In this document: positions 16,353-26,100 of the stretch, in pieces
Position numbering within the stretch: the first letter of the stretch is position 1
Layout of the letters: the number at the start of each line of letters is the position of its first letter
Source: a virus
IMG/VR virus record: IMGVR_UViG_3300042549_005369
Span: 4,418 to 68,417 of that record
Direction: 5' to 3' (one strand)
DNA: 64,000 nt
Notes under the pieces: model-generated
The model's input: only the letters and a program-made list of their open reading frames with translations
Told to the model about the DNA's origin: nothing
Databases searched by the model: none
Made by a program: the position numbers and the translations under genes

Positions 16353-18482
16353 ATGACCATCTGCCACATTGATTACGAAACTACCTCCGCCTGCGACATC
16401 ACGCTAGGCGCATACCGCTATGCCTGTGACCCAAGCACCCGCATCCTCATGTTTGCCATCGCCAAGGATGACGGGGAGCCCGTGCTGTGGGATTCCCTTG
16501 CGCCAAACACCCAAGAGTCACAAGCCGCTCTCGCCCTATTGAAGCAAGCTATTGGCAGCGGCGTCCCGATCTACGCACACAATGCCCAGTTTGAGTTGGC
16601 CATTTCGACTTACCGAATGCGCCCCGACCTTGGCATCGACCCACCCCATATTGACCAATGGCGATGCACACTAGCAATGTGCCGTCGCGCTGCCGCCCCA
16701 GAGTCGCTTGCAGAATCCGCTAAGTTCTTCGGCCTCAACGCCCCTAAAGACTCCCGTGGCAAGGCACTGATCGGCGTATTCTCCGACCAGTCAAAAGCCG
16801 TAGTGCTGACCGCTCCCGAGACAGGATACAAGATCACCACCAATACCCCAGTCGATGAACTTGAACGCCGAGGCGATTGGATTGTCCAACTCAAAGGCGC
16901 AGGTGTCTCGATGACCCTCAAAAACGCGTGGGAACTATTCAAGGAATACTGCCGCCAAGACGTGCGAGTCGAGCAGGAGTTGCATCGCAAGATCAACCAC
17001 TTCGATTTACGCGGCGACGTATTGGAGAGCTTTCAGTTCGACCTAAGAATGAATTGGCGTGGGGTGCCTGTGAACGTGCCTGCGTTGAAAAACGCCGACG
17101 GACTGGTCAATCGCCTGAAGGAAAAACTGGGAGCTAAGTTCTACGCCATGACGGGGCTGAACGCGTCGCAAGGCAAAGCAGTCCTAGCGTGGTTGAAGGA
17201 GCGCGGATACCCCGAAGCCAATCTCACCGCAGCGACCGTTCAAAAAGTGATATGTAGCCCGCCGCCCACCATGACCCCGCTGGCCATTAAAGCACTCAAA
17301 TTGCGAAGCCTCATGGGGTTTGCTGCTCTCAGCAAAATCCCAACCATGGCCAACGCCGCTTGCACCGACGGACGCGTCAGGGGGGCGATCCAGTGGCACG
17401 CTGCCCGAACGGGTCGCGCAGGAGGCAGGATCATCCAACCTCAGAATTTCAAGAAGTCCACTGTCGGAGACGAGACGCATTTGTGCTACCGAATGATCTG
17501 CGAAGGGTGGGAAGACGAATGGTTTGAAGAACTATGGGAGTCTCCCCTAGAGACAATCGCATCGTCCATCCGCCATTTCATTCAGCCTAAGACAGGAGGA
17601 TTCTACGATCTTGACTACGTGGGCGTGGAGTCAGTTGGCGGCCCATGGGCGTGTGGGCAATTCGACAAGTTGGATTCGATCCTGCGGGGCGAGTGCCAGT
17701 ATAAGGTCATGGCCTCCAAGATTGCTTTCAAATGCGCCTACGACGAAGTTACCAAAGAGCAGCGTCAAGTTGGTAAAGTCCTTGAATTGCAGTGCATCTA
17801 CGGCACTGGGGGGAAAGGGATGCGTAAATCGCTCGCCAGCATGGGAGTAAAACGCACGCTCAAAGAGTGCAACACATACGTTAAAGACTTTCGGGCTACT
17901 TTCTCAAAATATCCTGAAGCATGGCAAGAGCTTGAAGATGCTGCGAAGTTCGTTATCGCAAATCCCGGAAAGACCGCTACTGCGTGCAACGAGCGGATTG
18001 TTCTCGCATGTGGAAACGCGGGAGGTGTCCCGTATCTGACGATACGACTGCCCAGCGGACGTAGGCTTTACTACCCGCGCCCCATGGTCAAACCAGTGTT
18101 CAGATATTACGACGAAGAGGACATGCTGGAAGACCCTTGGAAACGTGAAGAAAAAGGCTATTGGATCGACTCCATCAGCTTCTACGGCAAAATCCCACCC
18201 ACAAGTAAGTGGGGACGAGTCCATACGTGGGGGAGCCGATTGTTTGAAAACATCACGCAGGCTTTGTGCGTTGACTTGCTAAACCGTGGGTGCATTGAGT
18301 CCGAAGCCCGTGGGTTTCCGATCTGCATGATTATCCATGACCAAGTGCTGTGCGAAACGTCGGCATCGAGCGGGACATTGGAAGATTTCACCGAAGCATT
18401 CTGCACGAAAGATGAGTGGACAGACGGTTTGCCGTTGAAAGCATCTGGAGACATCGCACCGTATTATTTGAAGGAACAATGA
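16353..18482 (+). CDS. polA: family A DNA polymerase with 3'-5' exonuclease
   Basis: Exo I DYET, HNAQFE, YCRQDV; ARTGR; QPQN; motif A DYVGVE; motif B RQVGKVLELQCIYG; ENITQ; motif C IHDQ. Confidence 0.92.
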   Translation: MTICHIDYETTSACDITLGAYRYACDPSTRILMFAIAKDDGEPVLWDSLAPNTQESQAALALLKQAIGSGVPIYAHNAQFELAISTYRMRPDLGIDPPHIDQWRCTLAMCRRAAAPESLAESAKFFGLNAPKDSRGKALIGVFSDQSKAVVLTAPETGYKITTNTPVDELERRGDWIVQLKGAGVSMTLKNAWELFKEYCRQDVRVEQELHRKINHFDLRGDVLESFQFDLRMNWRGVPVNVPALKNADGLVNRLKEKLGAKFYAMTGLNASQGKAVLAWLKERGYPEANLTAATVQKVICSPPPTMTPLAIKALKLRSLMGFAALSKIPTMANAACTDGRVRGAIQWHAARTGRAGGRIIQPQNFKKSTVGDETHLCYRMICEGWEDEWFEELWESPLETIASSIRHFIQPKTGGFYDLDYVGVESVGGPWACGQFDKLDSILRGECQYKVMASKIAFKCAYDEVTKEQRQVGKVLELQCIYGTGGKGMRKSLASMGVKRTLKECNTYVKDFRATFSKYPEAWQELEDAAKFVIANPGKTATACNERIVLACGNAGGVPYLTIRLPSGRRLYYPRPMVKPVFRYYDEEDMLEDPWKREEKGYWIDSISFYGKIPPTSKWGRVHTWGSRLFENITQALCVDLLNRGCIESEARGFPICMIIHDQVLCETSASSGTLEDFTEAFCTKDEWTDGLPLKASGDIAPYYLKEQ

Positions 18483-18736
18483 TAACACTAAAAGAAAAAC
18501 TAGATGAGGTATTGACAGACGAATGCGTTCTGTTGGCAGACGGATTTGAAGAGGCGTTTATGGGCATTGGGCGGCAGTTCAACCGCACTTTTGCGGTCTA
18601 CGACCGAACCAAGTGCATTGAAATTCTCATAGCCCAAGGCCTGTCCGAAGACGAAGCCGAGGATCATTTCCAATTCAACACCGAAGGCGCATACGTGGGC
18701 GAGAACACCCCTGCATTCGTAGAGACACTAGAATGA
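18479..18736 (+). CDS. small phage protein (ADGF...AVYD family)
   Basis: LLADGFEEAFMG...AVYD...FNTEGAYVGENTP. Confidence 0.75.
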   Translation: MITLKEKLDEVLTDECVLLADGFEEAFMGIGRQFNRTFAVYDRTKCIEILIAQGLSEDEAEDHFQFNTEGAYVGENTPAFVETLE

Positions 18737-18897
18737 AGCCTAAAACTGGAACATATAAAAAGGACGGAAAGTGGCACGCCCGCATCGTCGAACCGTGCGG
18801 CAACGTGTTAATTCTCGGCGATACCTTTCCGACCAAGAAAGAAGCCGAAGCGGGACTCGCCAGAATGATTACGGCAATAGGGAAAAGTGAATCATGA
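18733..18897 (+). CDS. small putative DNA-binding protein
   Basis: GKWHARI...FPTKKEAE, ATGA-coupled at both ends. Confidence 0.55.
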   Translation: MKPKTGTYKKDGKWHARIVEPCGNVLILGDTFPTKKEAEAGLARMITAIGKSES

Positions 18898-20267
18898 TCG
18901 CCCTCCGCCCATACCAGCACGAACTCGCTTGCGAAGTCATTGCCTCATTCGAGGTGATGGCACGCACCAATGTTGCAGTCCTCCCTACGGGCGGCGGCAA
19001 ATCCGTGGTGATCGCCTACATCGCTGCACTGGAGAAAGGTCGGGTATGGGTGATTGCGCACCGTGCGGAATTGCTGCGGCAACTATCCTCCGCGCTAGAC
19101 AGGGTTGACCTACCACACGGCATGGTCAAAGCAGGAATGCCATTCGATCCAACGCAGCGGATACAGGTCGCCTCGATCCAAACGCTCGCCAGACGACACC
19201 ACCTGATGCCGCCCCCAGACCTTATCATCTACGATGAAAGCCATCACCTGCCCAGCAAAGTAGCCAAGGCTACGGTAGGGGCATACCCTCGCGCTCGCGT
19301 CCTTGGAGTCACGGCAACACCGTGCCGCCTGAGCGGTCAGGGGCTAGGTGAGGTATTCCAGCGCATGATCCTTGGCCCATCGGCACGTTGGCTCACCGAC
19401 CATGGCTTCCTGTGCCCAGCAGAGTATTATGGCCCACCCGCAGTCGCCAATGTCGATAGCCTTCACACCAGAGCAGGTGACTACGCCAAGGATGAAATGG
19501 ACGCGGAGATGAATCGGTCAGTGGTCACGGGTGATGCCATCGAGCACTACCGCAACATCTGCGATGGCGTCCCCATGATCGTGTTCTGCACATCAGTAAA
19601 GCACGCCAAAGATGTCGCGCAGGCCTACTGCGACGCAGGATACCGCGCTACGTCCGTCGATGGTGCACTCTCGGATGAGGAACGTGCCGAGCGCATTGAA
19701 GGACTTGGTAGCAGGTATCAGGTGCTAACATCCTGCGAACTCATTGGCGAAGGGCTAGACGTGCCCTGCGTGAGCGCGGTGCAACTGCTGCGCCCGACAC
19801 AGAGCTTGGGATTGTTCCTCCAGATGGTTGGCAGGGCATTGCGCCCCATGGAGGGCAAGACCGCATACGTCCTTGACCACGTAGGCAACGTCCGCAAGCA
19901 CGGATTTGCCACGACCGAACGCTCATGGACTCTCGAAGGACGGGTCAAAGCAAAAAAGGCCGATGCCGTTAAGCCAGTCAAGACCTGCCTGCAATGCTTT
20001 CTCGTGCATGAACCAAGCCCGTCGTGCCCTCACTGCGGATACGAATACCCCAAGAAAACCAAGGCCGAAATCGAGAGTGTATCTGGATCGCTCGTGCGAA
20101 TGGAGGAAACCAAAGAAGAGCGAAAAGAAGCCTTGAAAAGCGCACGCTCCATGGTAGAACTCATCGCCTTTGCGAAAGCCCGAGGATACAAAAAACCCGT
20201 TTTCTGGGCACGGCAAGTCTACTATGGGCGCAACCACATTGTAGCTATGCCAAGAAATCATCACTGA
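18894..20267 (+). CDS. SF2 DExH helicase with C-terminal zinc finger (RadD-like)
   Basis: LRPYQ, PTGGGKS, DESH, TATP, QMVGRALR, CLQC...CPHC. Confidence 0.92.
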   Translation: MIALRPYQHELACEVIASFEVMARTNVAVLPTGGGKSVVIAYIAALEKGRVWVIAHRAELLRQLSSALDRVDLPHGMVKAGMPFDPTQRIQVASIQTLARRHHLMPPPDLIIYDESHHLPSKVAKATVGAYPRARVLGVTATPCRLSGQGLGEVFQRMILGPSARWLTDHGFLCPAEYYGPPAVANVDSLHTRAGDYAKDEMDAEMNRSVVTGDAIEHYRNICDGVPMIVFCTSVKHAKDVAQAYCDAGYRATSVDGALSDEERAERIEGLGSRYQVLTSCELIGEGLDVPCVSAVQLLRPTQSLGLFLQMVGRALRPMEGKTAYVLDHVGNVRKHGFATTERSWTLEGRVKAKKADAVKPVKTCLQCFLVHEPSPSCPHCGYEYPKKTKAEIESVSGSLVRMEETKEERKEALKSARSMVELIAFAKARGYKKPVFWARQVYYGRNHIVAMPRNHH

Positions 20268-20280
20268 CGACAACCAAACC

Positions 20281-20547
20281 ATGCCGAAATTAGAATCATT
20301 TTTCGACGACGGAACTTGCCAAGACCCCGAGTGGGTAGGTATGCCAGAGTTCAAATCACAGGATCAAACCTCACATCGCAAGATTATTGTGCACTTCAGA
20401 AACGACGAGGACGTAGAAAAGTTCGCTGAGTTGATGGGGCAAAAAATCACACGCAAGCAACCTAGCCTATGGTATCCATACATGCCTCCCCGCAGAACTA
20501 CGCACCTACTCTACGTTGAAGACCCACTTGACGGATTTGAGATATGA
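20281..20547 (+). CDS. small partner protein of the TAGT gene
   Basis: EWVGMPEF...IIVHFRNDEDVEKFAELMGQ...SLWYP; coupled to the TAGT gene. Confidence 0.7.
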   Translation: MPKLESFFDDGTCQDPEWVGMPEFKSQDQTSHRKIIVHFRNDEDVEKFAELMGQKITRKQPSLWYPYMPPRRTTHLLYVEDPLDGFEI

Positions 20548-21380
20548 ATACCCGATACCCAATTTACATTATCAGCAAGGGGCGATGGCAGAGTCGCCTT
20601 ACGGTAAAAGCCCTCGAAGAGATGGGACAAGATTACCGTATCGTGGTTGAACCCCAAGAACGTGACCGTTACGCCGAAGTGATACCCGACGATAAAATCT
20701 TGACACTGCCTTTCGGGGATTTAGGACAAGGCGGCATACCCGCTCGGAACTGGGTGCTCGAACACTCCAGAGCTAACGGCGACAAACGCCACTGGATTCT
20801 TGATGACAATATCGAACGGTTCAACCGACTGCATAACAACCTGCAAGTCAAAGTAGTGTGCAACGCGATGTTTCGTGCCGCAGAGGACTTTGTTGACCGA
20901 TACGAAAACGTAGCACTTGCAGGTTTTGAGTATGACTTCTTTGTGAAGTCACGGGCAAAATGGAAACCCTACCGTCTCAATACCAGAATCTACTCCTGCA
21001 TTTTGATTGATAACTCGATACCATTTAACTGGCGCGGCAAATACAACGAAGACACTGACCTGTCACTGCGTTGTCTCAAGGCAGGACTATGCACAGTGCT
21101 ATTCCTCACTTTCGTTCAACAAAAAACCCAGACCATGAAAATGAAAGGCGGCAATACGGACGAGCTCTATGCTGCCACAGATAACCGCAGGGAGTTTGCA
21201 GAGTCTTTGAGGGATCAACACCCAGATGTGGTGACGGTGGGGCAGCGTTTCGGTCGATGGCACCACGTCGTTGATTACCGCCCTTTCAAATCCAACGCCC
21301 TGATCCGAAAACCCGACGTAGTAATCCCGCAAGGCGTAAATAACTACGGGATGAAACTCCTAGACCTCACCAATCCATGA
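20544..21380 (+). CDS. TET-associated/GREB1-like GT-A glycosyltransferase (putative DNA base glycosylation)
   Basis: YPIYIISKGR, ARNW, HWILDDNI, RIYSCILI, WRGKYNEDTDLSLR, KGGNT. Confidence 0.8.
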   Translation: MNTRYPIYIISKGRWQSRLTVKALEEMGQDYRIVVEPQERDRYAEVIPDDKILTLPFGDLGQGGIPARNWVLEHSRANGDKRHWILDDNIERFNRLHNNLQVKVVCNAMFRAAEDFVDRYENVALAGFEYDFFVKSRAKWKPYRLNTRIYSCILIDNSIPFNWRGKYNEDTDLSLRCLKAGLCTVLFLTFVQQKTQTMKMKGGNTDELYAATDNRREFAESLRDQHPDVVTVGQRFGRWHHVVDYRPFKSNALIRKPDVVIPQGVNNYGMKLLDLTNP

Positions 21381-21634
21381 GCCCTGAATTACACACCCTA
21401 GTCAATACCATGAAACGTGCCGCCGAAAGTATTGGCGAGCACGCGGACAGCGTTCTCATACTTGTATCAGCGTCCACCCACGATGGACACTACGCGTTCG
21501 CCGACATGGGTGTCGGGAACCGCCACGCCCACGAAGGATTAGTGCGGGAGTGGCTGCGACGCAAAGAGGGATATGACCTCGGGTATTTTGCCACACAAGG
21601 CATGGAAGATTCTCCAACCAAAGAAGAACTATGA
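21377..21634 (+). CDS. hypothetical protein
   Basis: 85 aa, ATGA-coupled. Confidence 0.65.
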   Translation: MSPELHTLVNTMKRAAESIGEHADSVLILVSASTHDGHYAFADMGVGNRHAHEGLVREWLRRKEGYDLGYFATQGMEDSPTKEEL

Positions 21635-21858
21635 GTGAACCAGAAAACAACGCCCTATCCACCCAAGTCGGAGGCAAGCACTACAAACACCTCGCCATCC
21701 AACCAGCAGAGTATTGCCAGAAGAATCGGCTACCGTATTGCGAATCATCGGTGATCCGATATGTCACAAGGCACAGAGAGAAAAACGGAAAACAGGACTT
21801 GGAAAAAGCCATCCATTGCCTGCAACTGTTGATCGAAATGGAATACCCAAAAGGGTGA
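21631..21858 (+). CDS. DUF3310 family protein
   Basis: QVGGKHYK..IQPAEY...RYVTR..KNG.QDLEKAIH. Confidence 0.85.
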   Translation: MSEPENNALSTQVGGKHYKHLAIQPAEYCQKNRLPYCESSVIRYVTRHREKNGKQDLEKAIHCLQLLIEMEYPKG

Positions 21859-21863
21859 GTCCA

Positions 21864-22037
21864 TCATTTACGAGCGGAGCACGGTCTTACCATGTAAGAA
21901 CGATGCTCCCGCTGGAATGTCGCTATGGGTTTGCTGAACGCATCTTCGATTGAGCGAAATTGAACCCGCACCCACTCTATTGCGATTTGCAGGGTGAACA
22001 ATGCCATGCCGATGAGGACTGTGTAGAGGATAATCAT
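21864..22037 (-). CDS. small membrane protein
   Basis: MIILYTVLIGMALFTLQIAIEW..., last gene of the minus arm. Confidence 0.45.
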   Translation of the reverse strand: MIILYTVLIGMALFTLQIAIEWVRVQFRSIEDAFSKPIATFQREHRSYMVRPCSARK

Positions 22038-22050
22038 GTTGTGTAATTGG

Positions 22051-22434
22051 TTAGAGTGGCTTGTCTGTGTATTTCTTTACGAGTTCGCAATCCCACATTT
22101 CTGCCGCCACCATGGCAGCATCCTCGGGTGATCGCACGATGGCTGCGATGCCACCGATCCTATTAACCATGTGTAGGAATGGCCCTTGAGCCTTCCTGAT
22201 AGCCCCATTGGGCTTCTTGACCTCCAATGCGGCAAACACCCCAATGGTTCGCCCTACGTCCTCAGGACGCACGGTGTATGGGATAATGCCGATGAGGTCA
22301 GAGACGCCTTCCACACCGATCTTAACCATTGACCCATCTGGGGCAATGAAGGTGCCGACCTGATAGCGGAAGAACGGCAGACGCAGTTCTCCGAGCTTGG
22401 CGCGGATGTCACGTTGGATATGGGATTCTTTCAT
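22051..22434 (-). CDS. VRR-NUC nuclease (Holliday-junction-resolvase-like)
   Basis: ESHIQ, GVSDLIG, ALEVKKP, Q, GGIAAIVRS. Confidence 0.88.
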   Translation of the reverse strand: MKESHIQRDIRAKLGELRLPFFRYQVGTFIAPDGSMVKIGVEGVSDLIGIIPYTVRPEDVGRTIGVFAALEVKKPNGAIRKAQGPFLHMVNRIGGIAAIVRSPEDAAMVAAEMWDCELVKKYTDKPL

Positions 22435-22445
22435 GCGGGCGGCCG

Positions 22446-22473
22446 AAACTACCAAATTCTCTCACCCCGTCAA
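22446..22473 (-). promoter_or_regulatory. sigma70-like promoter
   Basis: TTGACG-16 nt-TAGTTT, 11 nt before ATG 22434. Confidence 0.55.
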
Positions 22474-22482
22474 CAGAAATTT

Positions 22483-23100
22483 TTATTTTCTCCAGCATCC
22501 TTCCCAATAGGCAGGACGTCGCTCGCCCTCGGCTTTGTCCAGCGTGCTATTTTCGAGCCACACTTTCAATGGCACAAAGCATCCGCAGGCACCACACACA
22601 TCGCGTTTGTAGCCATCGGCATCAGGCTCTATGGTGATCGCGTCTTTCTTCGTCAGCAGTTTCTCCGCTTTCCCCAGTAGGGTGTAGCAGCCTGTGCAGC
22701 CGCCCGGCATCGTGGTGCGTAGCGGACACGTCAGGCACACCCCGATTCGTTCCTTGGCTGTCTCAGCACTCACGAACCTCCGATCTACGATTGCCGCCCA
22801 CACTGTCTCCAGAAACCTCTGGACGTGGGAGAGCAGCAGCACAGGGATTGGTTTGTTCTCACGGGGCTTGGGTGCGGCGATCCCGCAGCGGGAGCCCGGG
22901 GGGTTTGTCTCCTGACACACCGCATCCTGCAAGAATGCTTCGTAGTCGTCGGGTATCGGCAGATTGTTCGCCTTGCGATGCCTCATGACCCGATCCCGCA
23001 ATACGGTATAGAAGTCAGCTTTGATTACCGCCCCCGTTTCGGGGATGGTGTATTTCCACCCTTCGGGGGGCTTGTCGATGTCGCGTTTTACAGAGAGCAT
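22483..23100 (-). CDS. Cys-rich hypothetical protein
   Basis: CLTCP, CTGC, CGACGC, CW. Confidence 0.75.
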   Translation of the reverse strand: MLSVKRDIDKPPEGWKYTIPETGAVIKADFYTVLRDRVMRHRKANNLPIPDDYEAFLQDAVCQETNPPGSRCGIAAPKPRENKPIPVLLLSHVQRFLETVWAAIVDRRFVSAETAKERIGVCLTCPLRTTMPGGCTGCYTLLGKAEKLLTKKDAITIEPDADGYKRDVCGACGCFVPLKVWLENSTLDKAEGERRPAYWEGCWRK

Positions 23101-23106
23101 AGTATG

Positions 23107-26100
23107 TTATTGGTATTCGGGTTTGTAACGGCGGCGTTCTTCAGCTTTGCGCTTTTCTCTTTCGTCTTTAGTTTCACGCACGCTTACGTTTGCACCACCC
23201 ATAATCATTCCTGAAAGAGCCAAGCCAGTTGCAGGGCCGTGGATTTTATACATCTTCCAAATGTCGCGAGCCGTTAAGTTCGCAGCGATCTCAGTCAGAA
23301 TGACGTCTGTGCGTTGCAGGCCACCCATGCGCCCCAACTCGCCGCCTTGGTAAAGCTCCCCTTTGATCGAGAGGTCAGCAAGAGTTTTCCAGTTCATGTT
23401 GATCTGGCCATAAGCAAACTTTTGCAGCATCTCGGTCTTGTCGTAACTCGATGCCTCATCGGGGACAAGGTATCCATCCTTCAACGCCCGCTCATTGAGC
23501 TTAGTGGTGCCAAACATGCGAGACAAATCTGAAATCCATTTGTTTGCACGAGGGTTCAGGTCAATGAATGTTTTACCAAGTTTTAGGCATCCGAAGTAGG
23601 GATGTTTCGGATTAAGCACGACACCGAACTCCGTCTCGCTATCTTCCTCGTCCCACACACCAAGCAGCATTGCCCAGAATAGGATTTTTGCGGAAGTCCC
23701 AAGGTAATACTGCGCTTGAAGGGCAGCTACTGCTGCGATTGCTTGTGGGCGGAATGACTGTCCTTCGGGGCGTTTTAGTGTAGTCTGGTAGAGCGCACTC
23801 CAAAGGGGGATACCGACAACGCTCTGCATATTGGTCACTACGTATTGAGGGAAGCTAAAAATGATGCCAAGCCAGTAGGAGTTATTTTTCATTCCCTTGG
23901 AGAAACCAGATTGGCCTGCGACTTTCCCTGTGTAGGTCATCATGGCTTCCGTAACAATGCGGCTGTAATCTGGGTTTACGGATGGGTCAACATTCCCTGC
24001 AATTTTCATGGCAGCATCGACGAGTCCCCAGCGTGCCACGTTTATGATGACGCGGTTAGCTCGTTCCACACGTTTTGCAAATCGAGCACCACCAACAGCC
24101 AAGGCCGTGCTTACGACGGTTTCTCCTGCCCCTTTCAATATAGTTTTCCAAGTAGCACCACCAGTCGTGGGGAGCAACGCGACTGCCGCGCTAGTTTTCA
24201 CTATGCCTTTGATAATCGCTAGGGAAGCAATCACGCGGTCATTGAAGAGGAACATTGGATTGACTCGCACCCGACCATCCGCACTGATTTCGTGGGAGGA
24301 TTCGTGGGGGCTTACCAAGTCAAAGCCGTTGGCTTTCTTCAGGGCGTAACTAGGATCGGTCGCCATTTCTGCGTAGATGCGGTCTTCGACTCTCTCGTCC
24401 ATGAACGCCTCAAAACCCTTGGCGAGAGTTTTCCCGATGATGGTGTCATCAGCAAGTTTGACACCTCGGCCTCTGCGGAAAATTGCTTTGACATCTTGCC
24501 ACAAGGCGAACAACTGCATCTTGCCAAGTTGGCGGTTGAATACACCAAAGTCACCAGCCAAGTTGAAAAGCTGTCTAGCGTGCCACGAAGCCATGGCGTA
24601 TTCGAGTGCTTTGCTGCTGAGCCCAAGCGTCTTGAATACCGCCATCGCACGCTCTTGCTCATACTCCCTGCGCTCGTTGTCTTTGATAAGTTCAAGTGTG
24701 CGGATGCGCTCACTAGTAACAGGCTCAGTAGTTTTGCGTTTGGAGAAGTCTTTGACTGCGCGTTTGCGGCGAAGCTCGTCGATACTCTTTTCGAGTGCGG
24801 CAACTTTCTTGGCCTCACGCACGTCGTAGGCGAATACGCCCACGCCTGCGTCACGCTGCATCTGGGTGATTTGCTTGCGAAGTTCTGCGTTCTCCTCGCG
24901 GACAAGGCGAGTGCGGTTTTCGACCGTTGGTTTGACTCCAGAGGCAGGCACAAGGTCGCCATCAGCGATCCGCTTGCGCAGAACCTCGCGAGTCCGAACA
25001 GCGGTGTTGTATGCGTCGTCAAGTTGACGAAGTTGCTGTGCGGGAGTGAGCGGTCTATTTTTACGCATTTCGCGTATCAATACATCCATGTCATCGGCAG
25101 CTTCCCAGAGTGCTTGAAGCTCGGCCGTTGGGACGACATTGGCGTCGCGAGCAGCTTTATCTTTCGCAGCAGGCAGTCCCTCGTTGATGATTTTCTGACG
25201 AGCTTCGAGAGCTTTTTGCGCAGCTTTCATCGCCTGATTCAATGCCCGTTCATTGGGATTGAGTGCATCATACGCTTCGTATTTCTGACGCTTGAGTTCT
25301 TTGAGTCTCTCGCGGCGAGCGGAAATATCTGGGGAGTCTATGACGTAGGCTACGGACTTTTCAGGCTTAATCAGCCCTTGGTCTATCAGCTTCATTTCAG
25401 CCCCTATTCGTCTGTCAAGATCACGCAAGATGCGTGCTTCGCGCTCTGCTGGAGAATTTCTGGCATCGGCAACAATGCGCCGTCTCTCCACTTCCGAGAG
25501 TATCTCAGAGTCGAGTATCCGTGCTTGTTCAGCAGTGGCACCCAAGGAGATAAGCCTTTGAGCAAAATCTGGTTGGGGACTTTCCATGTGGCTCTTTATG
25601 AGCTCCTCAACCGCAGATGGTTTCGATGACGATTTCCATGTCGGGGTATCGGATTGGCTAGCAGCCAGTTTGTTGATCCACGAGTTTGTGATCCGTTGGG
25701 CTTCCTTCTGGGCGACCTCTGCGGCACGTTTCCCGGGGTTTGCCAAGTCGTATGCCTCCTCTTTCTGACGCTTGAGGTCTTTGAGTAGATCGCGACGTGC
25801 GGAAATCTCAGGCGAATCGACAGCGGCAGGCTTCGCCATTTCATCCTCTTTCAGAATGCCTTTGTTGATGAGCTCACGCTCTTTGGCAATGCGGCGGTCA
25901 AGGTCTTTGATGACTGCATTCATGCGCTCGGCAGGAGTGCGCTGTTGGCCGAAGATGTCCGCGTAGGCCTTGCGAAGCTCTTCGAGGTCGGATCGCATTT
26001 GCTCCATGTCTTCCGTGTATCTGACACCACGCTTGACTCGAACGATTGGGGTATTGGATTTAATCGCACGATCAAGCTCCTCCATTTCGTTCTTCATGCG

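Noticed and set aside
24292-25629. 445-aa plus-strand ORF and other long antisense ORFs (for example 26467-27300, 52709-53728, 54985-55824)
   Set aside because: Antisense shadows of strongly supported minus-strand genes, with no recognisable motifs
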